Positions 8,254 to 17,048 of a stretch of DNA of 64,000 nucleotides are shown here, piece by piece; the first letter of the stretch is position 1; each line of letters starts with the position of its first letter. Source of the DNA: Acidimicrobiales bacterium (GTDB taxonomy: Bacteria > Actinomycetota > Acidimicrobiia > Acidimicrobiales > RAAP-2); contig DASXFC010000001.1 of assembly GCA_036489775.1 (NCBI GenBank), forward strand, positions 9,982-73,981, given 5' to 3'. The notes under the pieces were generated by a model. It searched no databases, was not told where the DNA came from, and saw only the letters and a list, made by a program, of their open reading frames with translations. Position numbers and translations under genes: made by a program.

Positions 8254-9963
8254 CTAATGCGGGCCTTGCCCCAGCCGTCGACCGTTCAAACGCTTGTGAA
8301 TGCCCTTGGTCTCCTTGTAGAGATTGACGAACTCGGTCTGGAGTTCGCCGTAGAGGGCGACCGCCTTCGGCTCGGGCTGGTAGGTGGCCTTGATCTGCAC
8401 CATGGCCGGCAGATCGGACAAGGTGGTCCGGCCCAGTGCCAGCAAGGTCAGCATGCCGGCACCGCGCACGTTGGCCAGCACCGGATCAGCCACCTGGCGG
8501 ATCGTGCGATCCAGCGCGTCAGCGTGCATCTGGGACCACAGGTCCGAGTTGGCCCCACCGCCGACGAAGGCCAATGAGTCGAAGGGCCGCTTGCAGTACT
8601 TCTCGACCGCGCCCAGCAGCCAGCCCGAGTTGAGCGCCACCCCTTCGAAGACGGCCCGCACCATGTCAGGACGGGTGCTCGAGAGGGACAGGTTGTGGAA
8701 GCCGCCCCGGATGGTGTGGTCGTCCACCGGGGACCGTTCACCATTGAGCCAGGGGGTGAACAGCACGCCGTGGCTGCCGGCCGGCACCGAGGCCGCCATC
8801 TCGTTCAGGCGGGGGAAGAGGTCGTCGGGCACGTCGGCCTCACCCGGTCCGAGGGCGTCGCCCGGGTAGAGCAAGGTGTCGCGCAACCAGGTCAGGCAGG
8901 CTCCGCCCGTCTCGTGCTCGTCGGCCACCAAATAACGGCCGGGGATGCCCGAGGGGATGGAGGCGATGTTGGTGAGTGCATCGGTCTTCTTGAAGGGCAC
9001 GTGGCAGCTGATCCAGCTGGAGGTGCCGATGTAGAGATGGCCGGCGAAGTCGCCCACCGCACCAGAGCCGACGGCGGCCGTGTGCAGGTCGCCCGCCCCG
9101 GCCACCACGGGCGTGCCCGCCAAGAGGCCCAGCTCTTGGGCGGCCGCCGGGGCCAGCCCGCCCAGCACCGATCCGGTCGGCACCAGTTGGGGCAAGCGGG
9201 CCCGGTCCAACCCGGCCAGCTCGAACAACGCGTCGTCGTAGGCGATGGCGTTGATGTCGCGGTTGTCGGTCACCCAGTGCAGCGTGATCGAATCGTGCGA
9301 GGCCCGGGCCAGGCCGGTCAGCCGCAGGTTGAGATAGTCCACCGGCTCGAGGAACACCGCGGTGGCGGCATAGACGTCGGGGCGTTGCGTGCGCAGGAAA
9401 TGGATGTGCCCCACCGGGTCCTTGCCCGAGAGGCTCGGGATGCCGCCGGTGCGGCGCACCCACTTGGCCGCCTTGGAGGCGCCGTAGCCCTGGATGTTCA
9501 ACGCACCGCGCACGGTCTCGCGCACGGCGGAGGCGCCGCGGGAGTCCATCCACGAGATGGCCGGATCGATGGCCAGGCCGTCGGCCCCGATGGGAACGGT
9601 GCCCGACCACTGCGCGGTGCAGCCGACGCCCACGATCTGGGCCGGGTCGACACCGCTCTGCGCGATGGCGCGTCGGGCCGACGTGACGATGGCGCCCCAC
9701 CAGTCGTCAGGATGCTGTTCGGCCCCACCGTCCGTGGTCAGCGCAATGCCCACCTTCTCGAAGGCGTGGGCGGCCAGCGGACCCTGGGCCAACATCACGG
9801 CGACCTTGGGGCCGCCGGTGCCCAGGTCGACCGCCAGGACGTAGGCCTGATCGGGGTTGACCCCGTCGAGGGGGCGCAGCTCGGTCGCGGCAACCGCGGG
9901 CAGGGTCGGTGCGGCGGGGGATGGCACGGCGCAGAAGCGTAGCCACCGTCCCCGCGCCGTCAC
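8254..9963 (-). CDS. FGGY-family carbohydrate kinase (xylulokinase/gluconokinase-like)
   Basis: ORF 8254..9963. Motifs YVLAVDLGTGGPKV (phosphate-1), GGANSDLWSQMHADAL and GAGMLT. It has an N-terminal extension of about 40 aa, and there is no alternative ATG/GTG/TTG before the DLGTGG motif. Confidence 0.85.
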   Translation of the reverse strand: MTARGRWLRFCAVPSPAAPTLPAVAATELRPLDGVNPDQAYVLAVDLGTGGPKVAVMLAQGPLAAHAFEKVGIALTTDGGAEQHPDDWWGAIVTSARRAIAQSGVDPAQIVGVGCTAQWSGTVPIGADGLAIDPAISWMDSRGASAVRETVRGALNIQGYGASKAAKWVRRTGGIPSLSGKDPVGHIHFLRTQRPDVYAATAVFLEPVDYLNLRLTGLARASHDSITLHWVTDNRDINAIAYDDALFELAGLDRARLPQLVPTGSVLGGLAPAAAQELGLLAGTPVVAGAGDLHTAAVGSGAVGDFAGHLYIGTSSWISCHVPFKKTDALTNIASIPSGIPGRYLVADEHETGGACLTWLRDTLLYPGDALGPGEADVPDDLFPRLNEMAASVPAGSHGVLFTPWLNGERSPVDDHTIRGGFHNLSLSSTRPDMVRAVFEGVALNSGWLLGAVEKYCKRPFDSLAFVGGGANSDLWSQMHADALDRTIRQVADPVLANVRGAGMLTLLALGRTTLSDLPAMVQIKATYQPEPKAVALYGELQTEFVNLYKETKGIHKRLNGRRLGQGPH

Positions 9964-9981
9964 CGGCCCGGTGCCCGGGGA

Positions 9982-10536
9982 TTACTCGGCCAGGCCGGCC
10001 TCGACCTCCAGCTCGATGACTACCTTGTTGCCCACGACGACGCTGCCGTCGAGCAACGAGTGGTTGAAGTTGACCCCGAAGTCGCGGCGGTCGATCTCGC
10101 CCTTGGCCGAGAAGGCGACCACGGTCTTGCCCTCGGCCATGGCCGGGCCCTCGCCCAGGAACTCCAACTCGAAGTCGACCGACTTGGTGACGCCACGGAT
10201 GGTCAGGTCGGTGGTGAGCGTGTACTCGTTCCCGTCCACCTGCTTGATCCCGGTGCTCTTGAGGGTCAGCGTCGGGTGGTTCTCGATGTCGAGGAAGTCG
10301 TTGGTGCGCAGGTGGTCGTCACGCATCGACTGGTTGGTGTGGATGCTGGCGGCCTGCACGGTGGCCTCCAGGGTCGAGTCCTCGATGGGCTCGGCCACGG
10401 TAAAAGTGCCCGAGACCTCGGTAAAGCGGCCCCGGACCTTGGTGCCGATCAGGTGGCGGGCCACGAAGCCGACCTCGGTGTGGGCGGGGTCGATGTTGTA
10501 GGTCCCGGTCTTTGGGGTGGTGGCGGTGGTGCTCAT
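9982..10536 (-). CDS. YceI-family (polyisoprenoid-binding) protein
   Basis: ORF 9982..10536. YNIDPAHTEVGFVARHLIGTKVRGRFTEVSGTF is the hallmark YceI N-terminus. The gene sits 18 nt upstream of the FGGY kinase gene. Confidence 0.9.
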   Translation of the reverse strand: MSTTATTPKTGTYNIDPAHTEVGFVARHLIGTKVRGRFTEVSGTFTVAEPIEDSTLEATVQAASIHTNQSMRDDHLRTNDFLDIENHPTLTLKSTGIKQVDGNEYTLTTDLTIRGVTKSVDFELEFLGEGPAMAEGKTVVAFSAKGEIDRRDFGVNFNHSLLDGSVVVGNKVVIELEVEAGLAE

Positions 10537-10582
10537 GATGCTTCCTCCTTGATGGATGCTTGACTCAGTTGCTTGAGTAGAT

Positions 10583-10604
10583 AGTATCTGAGTATACAGA
10601 TACT
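10583..10604. promoter_or_regulatory. Perfect 8-6-8 inverted repeat AGTATCTG-AGTATA-CAGATACT; candidate MarR operator
   Basis: Read directly from the sequence. It lies in the AT-rich gap of about 125 nt between the divergent yceI-like and marR-like genes. MarR regulators typically bind palindromes of this kind in their own divergent promoter regions. Confidence 0.4.
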
Positions 10605-10661
10605 TGTCAATCAGACAACCGTTGCCACCCTGATAGCGTGGTGGAGGATCGAGGGAGCACG

Positions 10662-11186
10662 ATGGACACGGTGATGCCGCAGTTGCAGACCGTCAGCGAG
10701 GAGGTGGGGACGTGCGGCGGTGTCCTCGATCAGATCGACGACCCGCGGCTCCAGCTCATGGGCCTGCTGATGCGGTCGCAACGGCGGCTGACCGACGTAC
10801 TGGGGCGTGAGCTCGAGGAGACCGTCGGCATCCCGCTGGTCTTTTTCAACGTCCTCACCCACGTGGCCGCCGCGCCCGCGGGCCGCGTGACCATGAGCCA
10901 GCTCAGCGCCGATGTCTCCCTCACCACCGGTGGGGTGACCAGGCTGGTCGACCGCATGGTCGAGGCCGGCCTGGTGGCCCGCTCGGCCTGCCCCAGCGAC
11001 CGCCGCAGCGTGCACGTCGTGCTCACACCCGAGGGACATGCCACCTTGCGCGCCGCCATCGCGGCCCACATCGACGGGATCGATCGTCACCTCATCGCAC
11101 CCCTGTCAGCGGCCGACCGGCAGGCCCTGTCCACTGCGCTGGGCAAGCTGGCCCGCGGCACCGACGGCAGCGGCGGGCTCTGCTGA
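10662..11186 (+). CDS. MarR-family transcriptional regulator
   Basis: ORF 10638..11186. A winged-helix region is present (MSQLSADVSLTTGGVTRLVDRMVEAGLVARSACPSDRRSVHVVLTPEG). ATG 10662 is preferred because a GAGGGAG Shine-Dalgarno sits 4 nt upstream. Confidence 0.85.
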   Translation: MDTVMPQLQTVSEEVGTCGGVLDQIDDPRLQLMGLLMRSQRRLTDVLGRELEETVGIPLVFFNVLTHVAAAPAGRVTMSQLSADVSLTTGGVTRLVDRMVEAGLVARSACPSDRRSVHVVLTPEGHATLRAAIAAHIDGIDRHLIAPLSAADRQALSTALGKLARGTDGSGGLC

Positions 11187-11213
11187 ACCTGGCTCAGGGG
11201 TAGCCCGCGAGGC

Positions 11214-14200
11214 TCAGGCCGGGGGCGCCTTGCGCAACCAGACGGTGACCGGGGTGCTGCCGTCGCGGTCCGCCTCATCGAGGTCGAGGTCCAGCACCGT
11301 GCCCTCGCCCTCGCCCGCACCGACGACGATCTCGACCGCCAACACCTCGCGCCCTATGTAGTCGAACAGGCCGGCGATGGCATCGAGGCCGGTGACGTGC
11401 AGCGTGATGCGGTCGGACACGTCGAGGCCGCTGGCCTTGCGCAGGTCCTGGACCAGGCGCACCACCTCGCGGGCCAGGCCGCGGTGGCGCAGGTCCTCGT
11501 TGAGGGCCAGATCGAGCGCCACCACCTCGCCACCTTCGCGGGAGACGGCGAACCCCTCCTGGCCCCGCACCCGCAACTGCACGTCATCCGGACCGAGCGC
11601 CTCTTCCACACCGCCGATCACCACCGTGATCGACTCGCCGTTCTCCAACGATGCCGCCGCCGCCGCACCATCGAGCGCGGCCAGCGCCGGTTTGAGGTCC
11701 TTGACCCGATCCTTGAGCCGCGGGCCGAGCGCCCGGAAGTTGGCCACCAGCTCGAACTCGATGACGTCGCCCAGCTCGTCCGCCTCGTCGATCTCGTCGA
11801 CGTTGAGCTCGTCGGCCACGATCTCGCGCAGGATGTCCGGTGCCCCCGAGGGCAAGAAGACCAGCGCCCGGGCCAGCGGCTGGCGCACCTTGACCCCGGC
11901 CTCGCCCCGGGCCGCCCGGCCCAGCGAAGTCAGGCGGCGGGCCAGGGCCATCTGGGCTTCGAGCGCCGGGTCCAGCAGGGCGGTGTCGACCGCCGGCCAG
12001 TCCTGCAGGTGCACCGAGTCGTCCTGGCCCGCCCCGGTCAGGGCCCGCCACATGGTGTCGGACACGAAGGGGCACATGGGCGCCAGCAGCAGGGTCAGCG
12101 TGGTCAGCACCTCGTGCAGGGTGGCCTGGGCGGCCAGGGTGTCCCCCGCCGGCGCGCCGGGGTCGGTGCGCCAGAAGCGGCGGCGGCTGCGCCGCACGTA
12201 CCAGTTGGACAGGTCGTCGACCAGGCTGCCCAACGCGTCGGCCGCGTCGAGGGGCTCGTAAGAGGCCAGGGCGGTGGTCACCGTGGCCGTGGTGCTGGCC
12301 AGGCGCGACAGGATCCAGCGGTCCAGCGGACCGCGCTCGGCCGGGGTCGGGATGGCCGGATCGGCCGGATCGAACTCGTTCAAAGAGGCGTAGGTCGAGA
12401 AGAAGCTGAAGGTGTTCCACCAGGTCAGCAACATGTCGCGCATGGCCGTGTCGATGGCGGCCATGCTGGCCCGGGTCGGCGTCCACGGGGAGCCCTGGGA
12501 GAACATCCACCAGCGCATGGCGTCGGCGCCCCGGGTGTCGAGGATGGACCAGGGGTCGATGATGTTGCCGATCGACTTGGACATCTTGCGGCCCTCGGCG
12601 TCGATGATGTGGCCCAGGCAGACCACGTGGCGGTAGGGCGACTGGCCGAAGACCAAGGTGTTGACGGCCAGCAGCGAATAGAACCAGCCCCGCGTCTGGT
12701 CGATGGCCTCGGAGATGAAGTCGGCCGGGAAGGTGAAGGCTTCGGCCGAACCCTCCTGGTGCGGGTAACCGACCTGGGCCGCCGGCATGGAGCCCGAGTC
12801 GAACCAGGCGTCGATGACCGGTTCGACCCGCCGGCTCACGGCCTCCTCCCCCGCCAACCCGTCCTCGGCGCAGGTGGTGCAGGCGAAGGTGACCTCGTCG
12901 ATGGTGGGCCGGTGCGGATCGATCCCGGTGACATCACGACCGGTGGCGTCGGAAAGCTCGGCCAGCGAGCCGATGCAGCGCAGGTGCCCGCGGCCACAGC
13001 GCCAGATCGGCAGCGGCGTGCCCCAGTAGCGGTCGCGCGACAGCGCCCAGTCCACGTTGTTGGAGAGCCACTCGCCGAAGCGCCCCTCCTTGATATGGCC
13101 CGGGTGCCAGTCCACCGTCTCGTTGGCGGCCAGGAGGTCGTCCTTGCGGGTCGAGGTGGCGATGTACCAGCTGGGCTTGCCCCAGTAGATGAGCGGCGTG
13201 CGGCAGCGCCAGCAGTGCGGGTACGAGTGCACGTAGGGGAAGCGGCGGATGAGCAGGTCCTCGGCTTCGAGGCGGTCGTTGATGGCGGTGTTGGCCGCCC
13301 GCACCTCTTGGCCGGCCAGCCAGCCGATGTCGTCGGTGAAGCGCCCGTCGGGCCCCACCGGGTTGAGCGAGGGCAAGCCCTGCTCGCGGCCGATCTGGCG
13401 GTCGATCTCGCCGAAGGCCGGGGCCAGGTGGACCAGACCGGTGCCCTCCTCGATGGTGACGTAGTCAGCCGGGACCACCCGCCAGCCGTCGGCCCCGTGC
13501 GGCACATCGAGGTCGTCGAAGGGGCGCCGGTAGTGCACCCCGACCAGCGCGTCACCGGCCAGGCGCGCGCTGATGCGGTCCTTGGCGCCCTCGCCCAGGA
13601 CGGCGTCGACCAGATCCTCGGCGATGACCAGGCCATCCACCACGGCGTAGGTCAGCCCAGGATTCACGGCCACGCCGGTATTGGACAGCAGCGTCCACGG
13701 CGTCGTGGTCCACACGGCCAGCGAGTGCGCCCCACCGAGTACCGAGGCGTCGGGGTCGACGATGGGGAACCGCACGTAGGCCGACTCGTCCTCTTCGTCG
13801 GTGTAGACGCCGGGCTGTCCCAGTTCGTGGCTGGACAGGGCCGTGCCACAGCGCGGGCAGTAGGGCACCACCTTGAGGTCTTCGTAGAGCAGCCCCTGAT
13901 CGAAAAGCTGCTGCAGCAGCCACCACACCGACTCGATGTAGGCCGGGGACAGCGTCCAGTAGGCGGCGTCCATGTCGACCCAGTAACCGATGCGGGTGGT
14001 CAGCCGGGCGAACTCGCCGACGTAGGTGTAGACGGACTCGCGGCAGAGCCGGGTGAACTCGGCGATACCGACCTCCTCCTCGATCTGCGTCTTGGAGGTG
14101 ATGCCGAGCTTCTTCTCCACCTCGACCTCGACCGGCAGGCCGTGGGTGTCCCACCCGGCGCGCCGGGCCACGTAGGACCCGTCCATGGCGTGGAAGCGGC

Positions 14201-14405
14201 AGAAGAGATCCTTGTAGACGCGGGCCCAGACGTGGTGCAGACCCGGCATCCCGTTGGCGGTGGGCGGCCCTTCGTAGAAGACCCAGGGCTCGGCCCCGGC
14301 CCGCTGCTCGATGGAGCGCTCGAAGACGCGGTGGGCCGACCAGCGCGCCAGCTCGGCCTGCTCGAGGGCGACGAAGTCGGTGTCAGGGGGGACAGGTGTG
14401 AACAC
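11214..14405 (-). CDS. ileS: Isoleucine--tRNA ligase (type 2, actinobacterial length)
   Basis: ORF 11214..14405, 1063 aa, GTG start. Class-I HIGH-like motif PPTANGMPGLHHV, KMSKS motif (GRKMSKSIGN), and an editing-domain and zinc-finger region (CPRCGT, CWRCRTP). Confidence 0.97.
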   Translation of the reverse strand: MFTPVPPDTDFVALEQAELARWSAHRVFERSIEQRAGAEPWVFYEGPPTANGMPGLHHVWARVYKDLFCRFHAMDGSYVARRAGWDTHGLPVEVEVEKKLGITSKTQIEEEVGIAEFTRLCRESVYTYVGEFARLTTRIGYWVDMDAAYWTLSPAYIESVWWLLQQLFDQGLLYEDLKVVPYCPRCGTALSSHELGQPGVYTDEEDESAYVRFPIVDPDASVLGGAHSLAVWTTTPWTLLSNTGVAVNPGLTYAVVDGLVIAEDLVDAVLGEGAKDRISARLAGDALVGVHYRRPFDDLDVPHGADGWRVVPADYVTIEEGTGLVHLAPAFGEIDRQIGREQGLPSLNPVGPDGRFTDDIGWLAGQEVRAANTAINDRLEAEDLLIRRFPYVHSYPHCWRCRTPLIYWGKPSWYIATSTRKDDLLAANETVDWHPGHIKEGRFGEWLSNNVDWALSRDRYWGTPLPIWRCGRGHLRCIGSLAELSDATGRDVTGIDPHRPTIDEVTFACTTCAEDGLAGEEAVSRRVEPVIDAWFDSGSMPAAQVGYPHQEGSAEAFTFPADFISEAIDQTRGWFYSLLAVNTLVFGQSPYRHVVCLGHIIDAEGRKMSKSIGNIIDPWSILDTRGADAMRWWMFSQGSPWTPTRASMAAIDTAMRDMLLTWWNTFSFFSTYASLNEFDPADPAIPTPAERGPLDRWILSRLASTTATVTTALASYEPLDAADALGSLVDDLSNWYVRRSRRRFWRTDPGAPAGDTLAAQATLHEVLTTLTLLLAPMCPFVSDTMWRALTGAGQDDSVHLQDWPAVDTALLDPALEAQMALARRLTSLGRAARGEAGVKVRQPLARALVFLPSGAPDILREIVADELNVDEIDEADELGDVIEFELVANFRALGPRLKDRVKDLKPALAALDGAAAAASLENGESITVVIGGVEEALGPDDVQLRVRGQEGFAVSREGGEVVALDLALNEDLRHRGLAREVVRLVQDLRKASGLDVSDRITLHVTGLDAIAGLFDYIGREVLAVEIVVGAGEGEGTVLDLDLDEADRDGSTPVTVWLRKAPPA

Positions 14406-14539
14406 GGATCGATTTCATTCGGTGACACCGGTGGTCGAGCACCGCCGGTGAAACGCCAAGGATAGAGGGTGACCGCATCGGTGCTGCTCACAACGTTTCG
14501 GCGGCCAAGACCGGACAACCCCGGGCCTACCCTGGGGGG

Positions 14540-15317
14540 ATGCCAACGCAGCCCTTCGAAGTGATCTGCGAGATCGAGCCGGCCACCCAGCCCGACCTGA
14601 CCCACGTCCGCCACCAGATCGGCGTGCTGGCCCCGGTGGCCAGTGCCTTCCTCATCCCCGACAACCACATCGGCCGGGCCACCGTCTCGAGCGTGGCGGT
14701 GGCCCACGAGGTGGAGGCCATGGGCGGGCGCTCCATCGCCTGCCTCAACGCGCGGGACCGCAACCTGCTGGGCTACCGGCGCGACCTCCTCACCGCGGCC
14801 GCCTACGGGGTGGACCAGTTCCTGCTGGTCTACGGCGACAAGCCCCAGGCCGGTGGGCGCACCAGCGAGCTGACCGTCCGGGCCATGGTCGAAGAGGGCC
14901 GGCATTTTGCCGAGTCCCGGCCGGCCCAGGTGGCACCCCATGCGCTTCGGGGCGGCCACCGGCCTGCGCCCGCTGCCGGAGTGGAAGCGCCAGGTGGACT
15001 TCCTCTTCGTCCAGATCGGCTTCACCCTCGAGCCGCTGCTGCGCTGGCGGGACCAGGTGGACGTGTCCGCTCCGGTCTACGCCGGCGTGATGGCCCTGAA
15101 CGGTCCGGGGATGGCCCGCTCCCTGGCCGCCTCCATTCCCGACATCGACATCCCGGCCGAGTTGGTGGCCAAGGTGAACGAAGACCGCTTGGCCGGGGTC
15201 GAGGCCGTGTGCCAGTTGGTCACCGACATCCGGGCCAGCGGCGCCTTCGACGGCGTCCACCTCATCCCGGTCAGCCGTTACCGCGAGGTGGCGGCCCGAC
15301 TCGAACAATTGCTGTGA
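14540..15317 (+). pseudogene. Methylenetetrahydrofolate reductase (MetF)-like gene with a +1 frame change near 14900..14940. Either a pseudogene or a 1-nt assembly error.
   Basis: The frame of ORF 14540..15343 reads like MetF up to ...VRAMVEEGRHFAESRP, then turns into Arg/Pro/Gly junk. The frame of ORF 14907..15317 continues sensibly (HPMRFGAATGLRP...FLFVQIGF...GVHLIPVSRYREVAARLEQLL). The switch coincides with the run cccggccggccc at 14916..14927. Confidence 0.6.
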
Positions 15318-15339
15318 GCGGACGCCCGCCGACCACACC

Positions 15340-15801
15340 GTGACGTTGCCGACTCGTCCCGCCAACGAAGGTGATGTCGAAGCCTGCGTGGCCATCGTCG
15401 AAGAGCTGCCTGACTTCTTCACCGACAACGTGCCCGGCGAGGTCAGGCACGATCTCGGCCTGCACCAAGGATGGGTGACGGTGGACGACGACTGCCTGCT
15501 GGGCTTTGCGGTGGTGGAACGGCGCTCGGCAGCGGTCGCCGAAATTCTCTGGATGGCGGTGCGGCCGGCTCGGCGCGGTAGCGGAGTCGGCACCGCTCTG
15601 CTCGAACACGTCTTGGCCGCGTTGGGCCAGGACGGCGTCGAGCTGGTCGAGGTCAAGACGTTGGACGCCGGCGCGGGGTATACGCCCTATGAGGCCACCC
15701 GTGCCTTCTGGAGCAAGCGCTTCGTGCAGATCGACACGATCGATCCGTATCCAGGCTGGAGCGAAGGCAATCCGGCCGCCATCTTCATCTGCGCGCTGTA
15801 A
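15340..15801 (+). CDS. GNAT-family N-acetyltransferase
   Basis: ORF 15340..15801, GTG start. Acetyl-CoA binding motif A is present: WMAVRPARRGSGVGTALLEHVL. Confidence 0.85.
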   Translation: MTLPTRPANEGDVEACVAIVEELPDFFTDNVPGEVRHDLGLHQGWVTVDDDCLLGFAVVERRSAAVAEILWMAVRPARRGSGVGTALLEHVLAALGQDGVELVEVKTLDAGAGYTPYEATRAFWSKRFVQIDTIDPYPGWSEGNPAAIFICAL

Positions 15802-15802
15802 C

Positions 15803-16507
15803 TCAGGAAGTCGGAAAAACCCGGGCCTCGAGTTCGGCCCACCGGGCGTCGTCCATCTCGAGCAGCGAACCGAGCACCAGGTCAGCCAAGCCGAAGGCCG
15901 GATGACCCTCCTCGCCCATCTCGGGAACGGCGATGCAGGCCATCGAAGCCGCCTTGGCCGCCAGGACGCCAGCCGGCGCGTCCTCCCACACCAGGCAGCG
16001 GCGCGGGGGCGAACCGAGTTTGGCCGCCGCGGTGATGAAGACGGCAGGGTGCGGCTTGCCGAAGTCCTCGTCCTCGGCCGAGTGGATCAGCGCGAAGTGG
16101 CGCCGCAGATCGAAGTGGGCCAGGGCGGCGTCGATCAGGCGGTACTGCGAAGAAGAGGCGACGGCCATGGGTAGGCCACGCTGCTCGCACAAGGCGATGG
16201 CGTGTTCGGCTCCCGCCTTGAGCGTGCCGATGGTGACGATGAGGTCGATGACCCGGTCCACGATGGTGGTGGCCACGTCACCCGGACTCGGTGTCGACCA
16301 CGGATAGCGGGCGTGCCAGTACTCGGTGACCTCGTGGACGAACATGCCCTTGGTGCTGCGACAGCCCTCGACCTCGAGCGGCACGCCGAGATCGCCGAGG
16401 ATCTCGATCTCGGCCTGGTGCCAGAGGATCTCCGAGTCGAGCAGGAGGCCGTCCATGTCGAAGATGGAGGCCGTAAAGCCCGACGGAGCGGGCGGCGCCT
16501 GGCTCAA
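15803..16507 (-). CDS. HAD-family sugar-phosphate phosphatase (HxpB/YniC-like)
   Basis: C-terminal part of ORF 15803..17002. The DxD motif (IFDMDGLLLDSE) needs an upstream start, and TTG 16507 overlaps the gpx stop (TTGA). Other motifs: VASSS, GKPHPAVF and VWEDAPAG. Confidence 0.85.
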   Translation of the reverse strand: MSQAPPAPSGFTASIFDMDGLLLDSEILWHQAEIEILGDLGVPLEVEGCRSTKGMFVHEVTEYWHARYPWSTPSPGDVATTIVDRVIDLIVTIGTLKAGAEHAIALCEQRGLPMAVASSSQYRLIDAALAHFDLRRHFALIHSAEDEDFGKPHPAVFITAAAKLGSPPRRCLVWEDAPAGVLAAKAASMACIAVPEMGEEGHPAFGLADLVLGSLLEMDDARWAELEARVFPTS

Positions 16508-16992
16508 GCGGGCAGCGCAGCCTCGATGGCGCCCACGATGGTCGCATCCTCGGGCTCGACCTGCGGGCGGAAGCGGTCCAGGATCTCGCCCGAATCCGAC
16601 ACCAAGAACTTCTCGAAGTTCCAGGTGATGTCCCCGGCGTTCCCCTCGGCGTCCTTGGTCTCGGTCAGCTCGGCATAGATGGGGTGGCGATCCTCGCCGT
16701 TGACGTCGATCTTCTCCATCAGCGGGAAGGTGACGCCGTAGGTGGTCGAGCAGAACTGCTGGATCTCCTCGGCGCTGCCCGGCTCCTGACCCAGGAACTG
16801 GTTGCACGGGAAGCCCACCACCGAGAAGCCACGGTCCCCGTAGGTCTTCTGCAGCCGCTCCAAGCCTTCGTACTGCGGGGTCAGGCCGCACTTCGAGGCC
16901 ACGTTGACGAGGAGCAACGTCTTGCCGGTGAAGTCGCCCAGCGAAGCGTCCTCGCCGGTCAGCGTGTGAATGGGGATGTCGTAGAGGGCCAT
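16504..16992 (-). CDS. Glutathione peroxidase (Cys-type)
   Basis: ORF 16504..16992. Motifs LLLVNVASKCGLTPQY, FPCNQFLGQEPG and WNFEKFLV. The peroxidatic residue is Cys and there is no in-frame TGA. Confidence 0.93.
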   Translation of the reverse strand: MALYDIPIHTLTGEDASLGDFTGKTLLLVNVASKCGLTPQYEGLERLQKTYGDRGFSVVGFPCNQFLGQEPGSAEEIQQFCSTTYGVTFPLMEKIDVNGEDRHPIYAELTETKDAEGNAGDITWNFEKFLVSDSGEILDRFRPQVEPEDATIVGAIEAALPA

Positions 16993-17048
16993 GGCCGGAC
17001 ACTACCGGCGCCGGTCGGGATCGTGCCGGGGCTGCCTATGGTGGCCCG

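Noticed and set aside
11397-14465. A 1022-codon stop-free ORF antisense to ileS. Similar giants lie antisense to dnaE2 (57466..60207), the FGGY kinase (8695..9942), the Wzy_C-like gene (1155..2411) and the FAD oxidase (43288..44586).
   Set aside because: Their translations are Arg/Gly/Pro/His/Ala-rich low-complexity strings with no recognisable motif. In GC3-rich genes the in-register antisense frame rarely acquires T-initiated stop codons. Long open antisense frames are therefore an expected compositional artefact, not evidence of overlapping genes.
14406-14539. Possible T-box leader upstream of ileS. Actinobacterial ileS genes are known to carry short translational T-boxes.
   Set aside because: On the ileS strand I found no T-box sequence resembling GGGUGGNACCGCG, no convincing specifier loop (the AUC triplets are not in an S-turn or purine context), and no Shine-Dalgarno that could be sequestered. 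A GGGTGACCGCA string is present, but on the opposite strand, where it lacks the UGGN tRNA-acceptor pairing bases. The question stays unresolved until Rfam RF00230 is run on this interval.
16504-16992. Checked whether the glutathione peroxidase is a selenoprotein, that is, whether it has an in-frame TGA plus a SECIS element.
   Set aside because: The peroxidatic position is a normal Cys codon (VASKCGLT) and the frame has no internal TGA.
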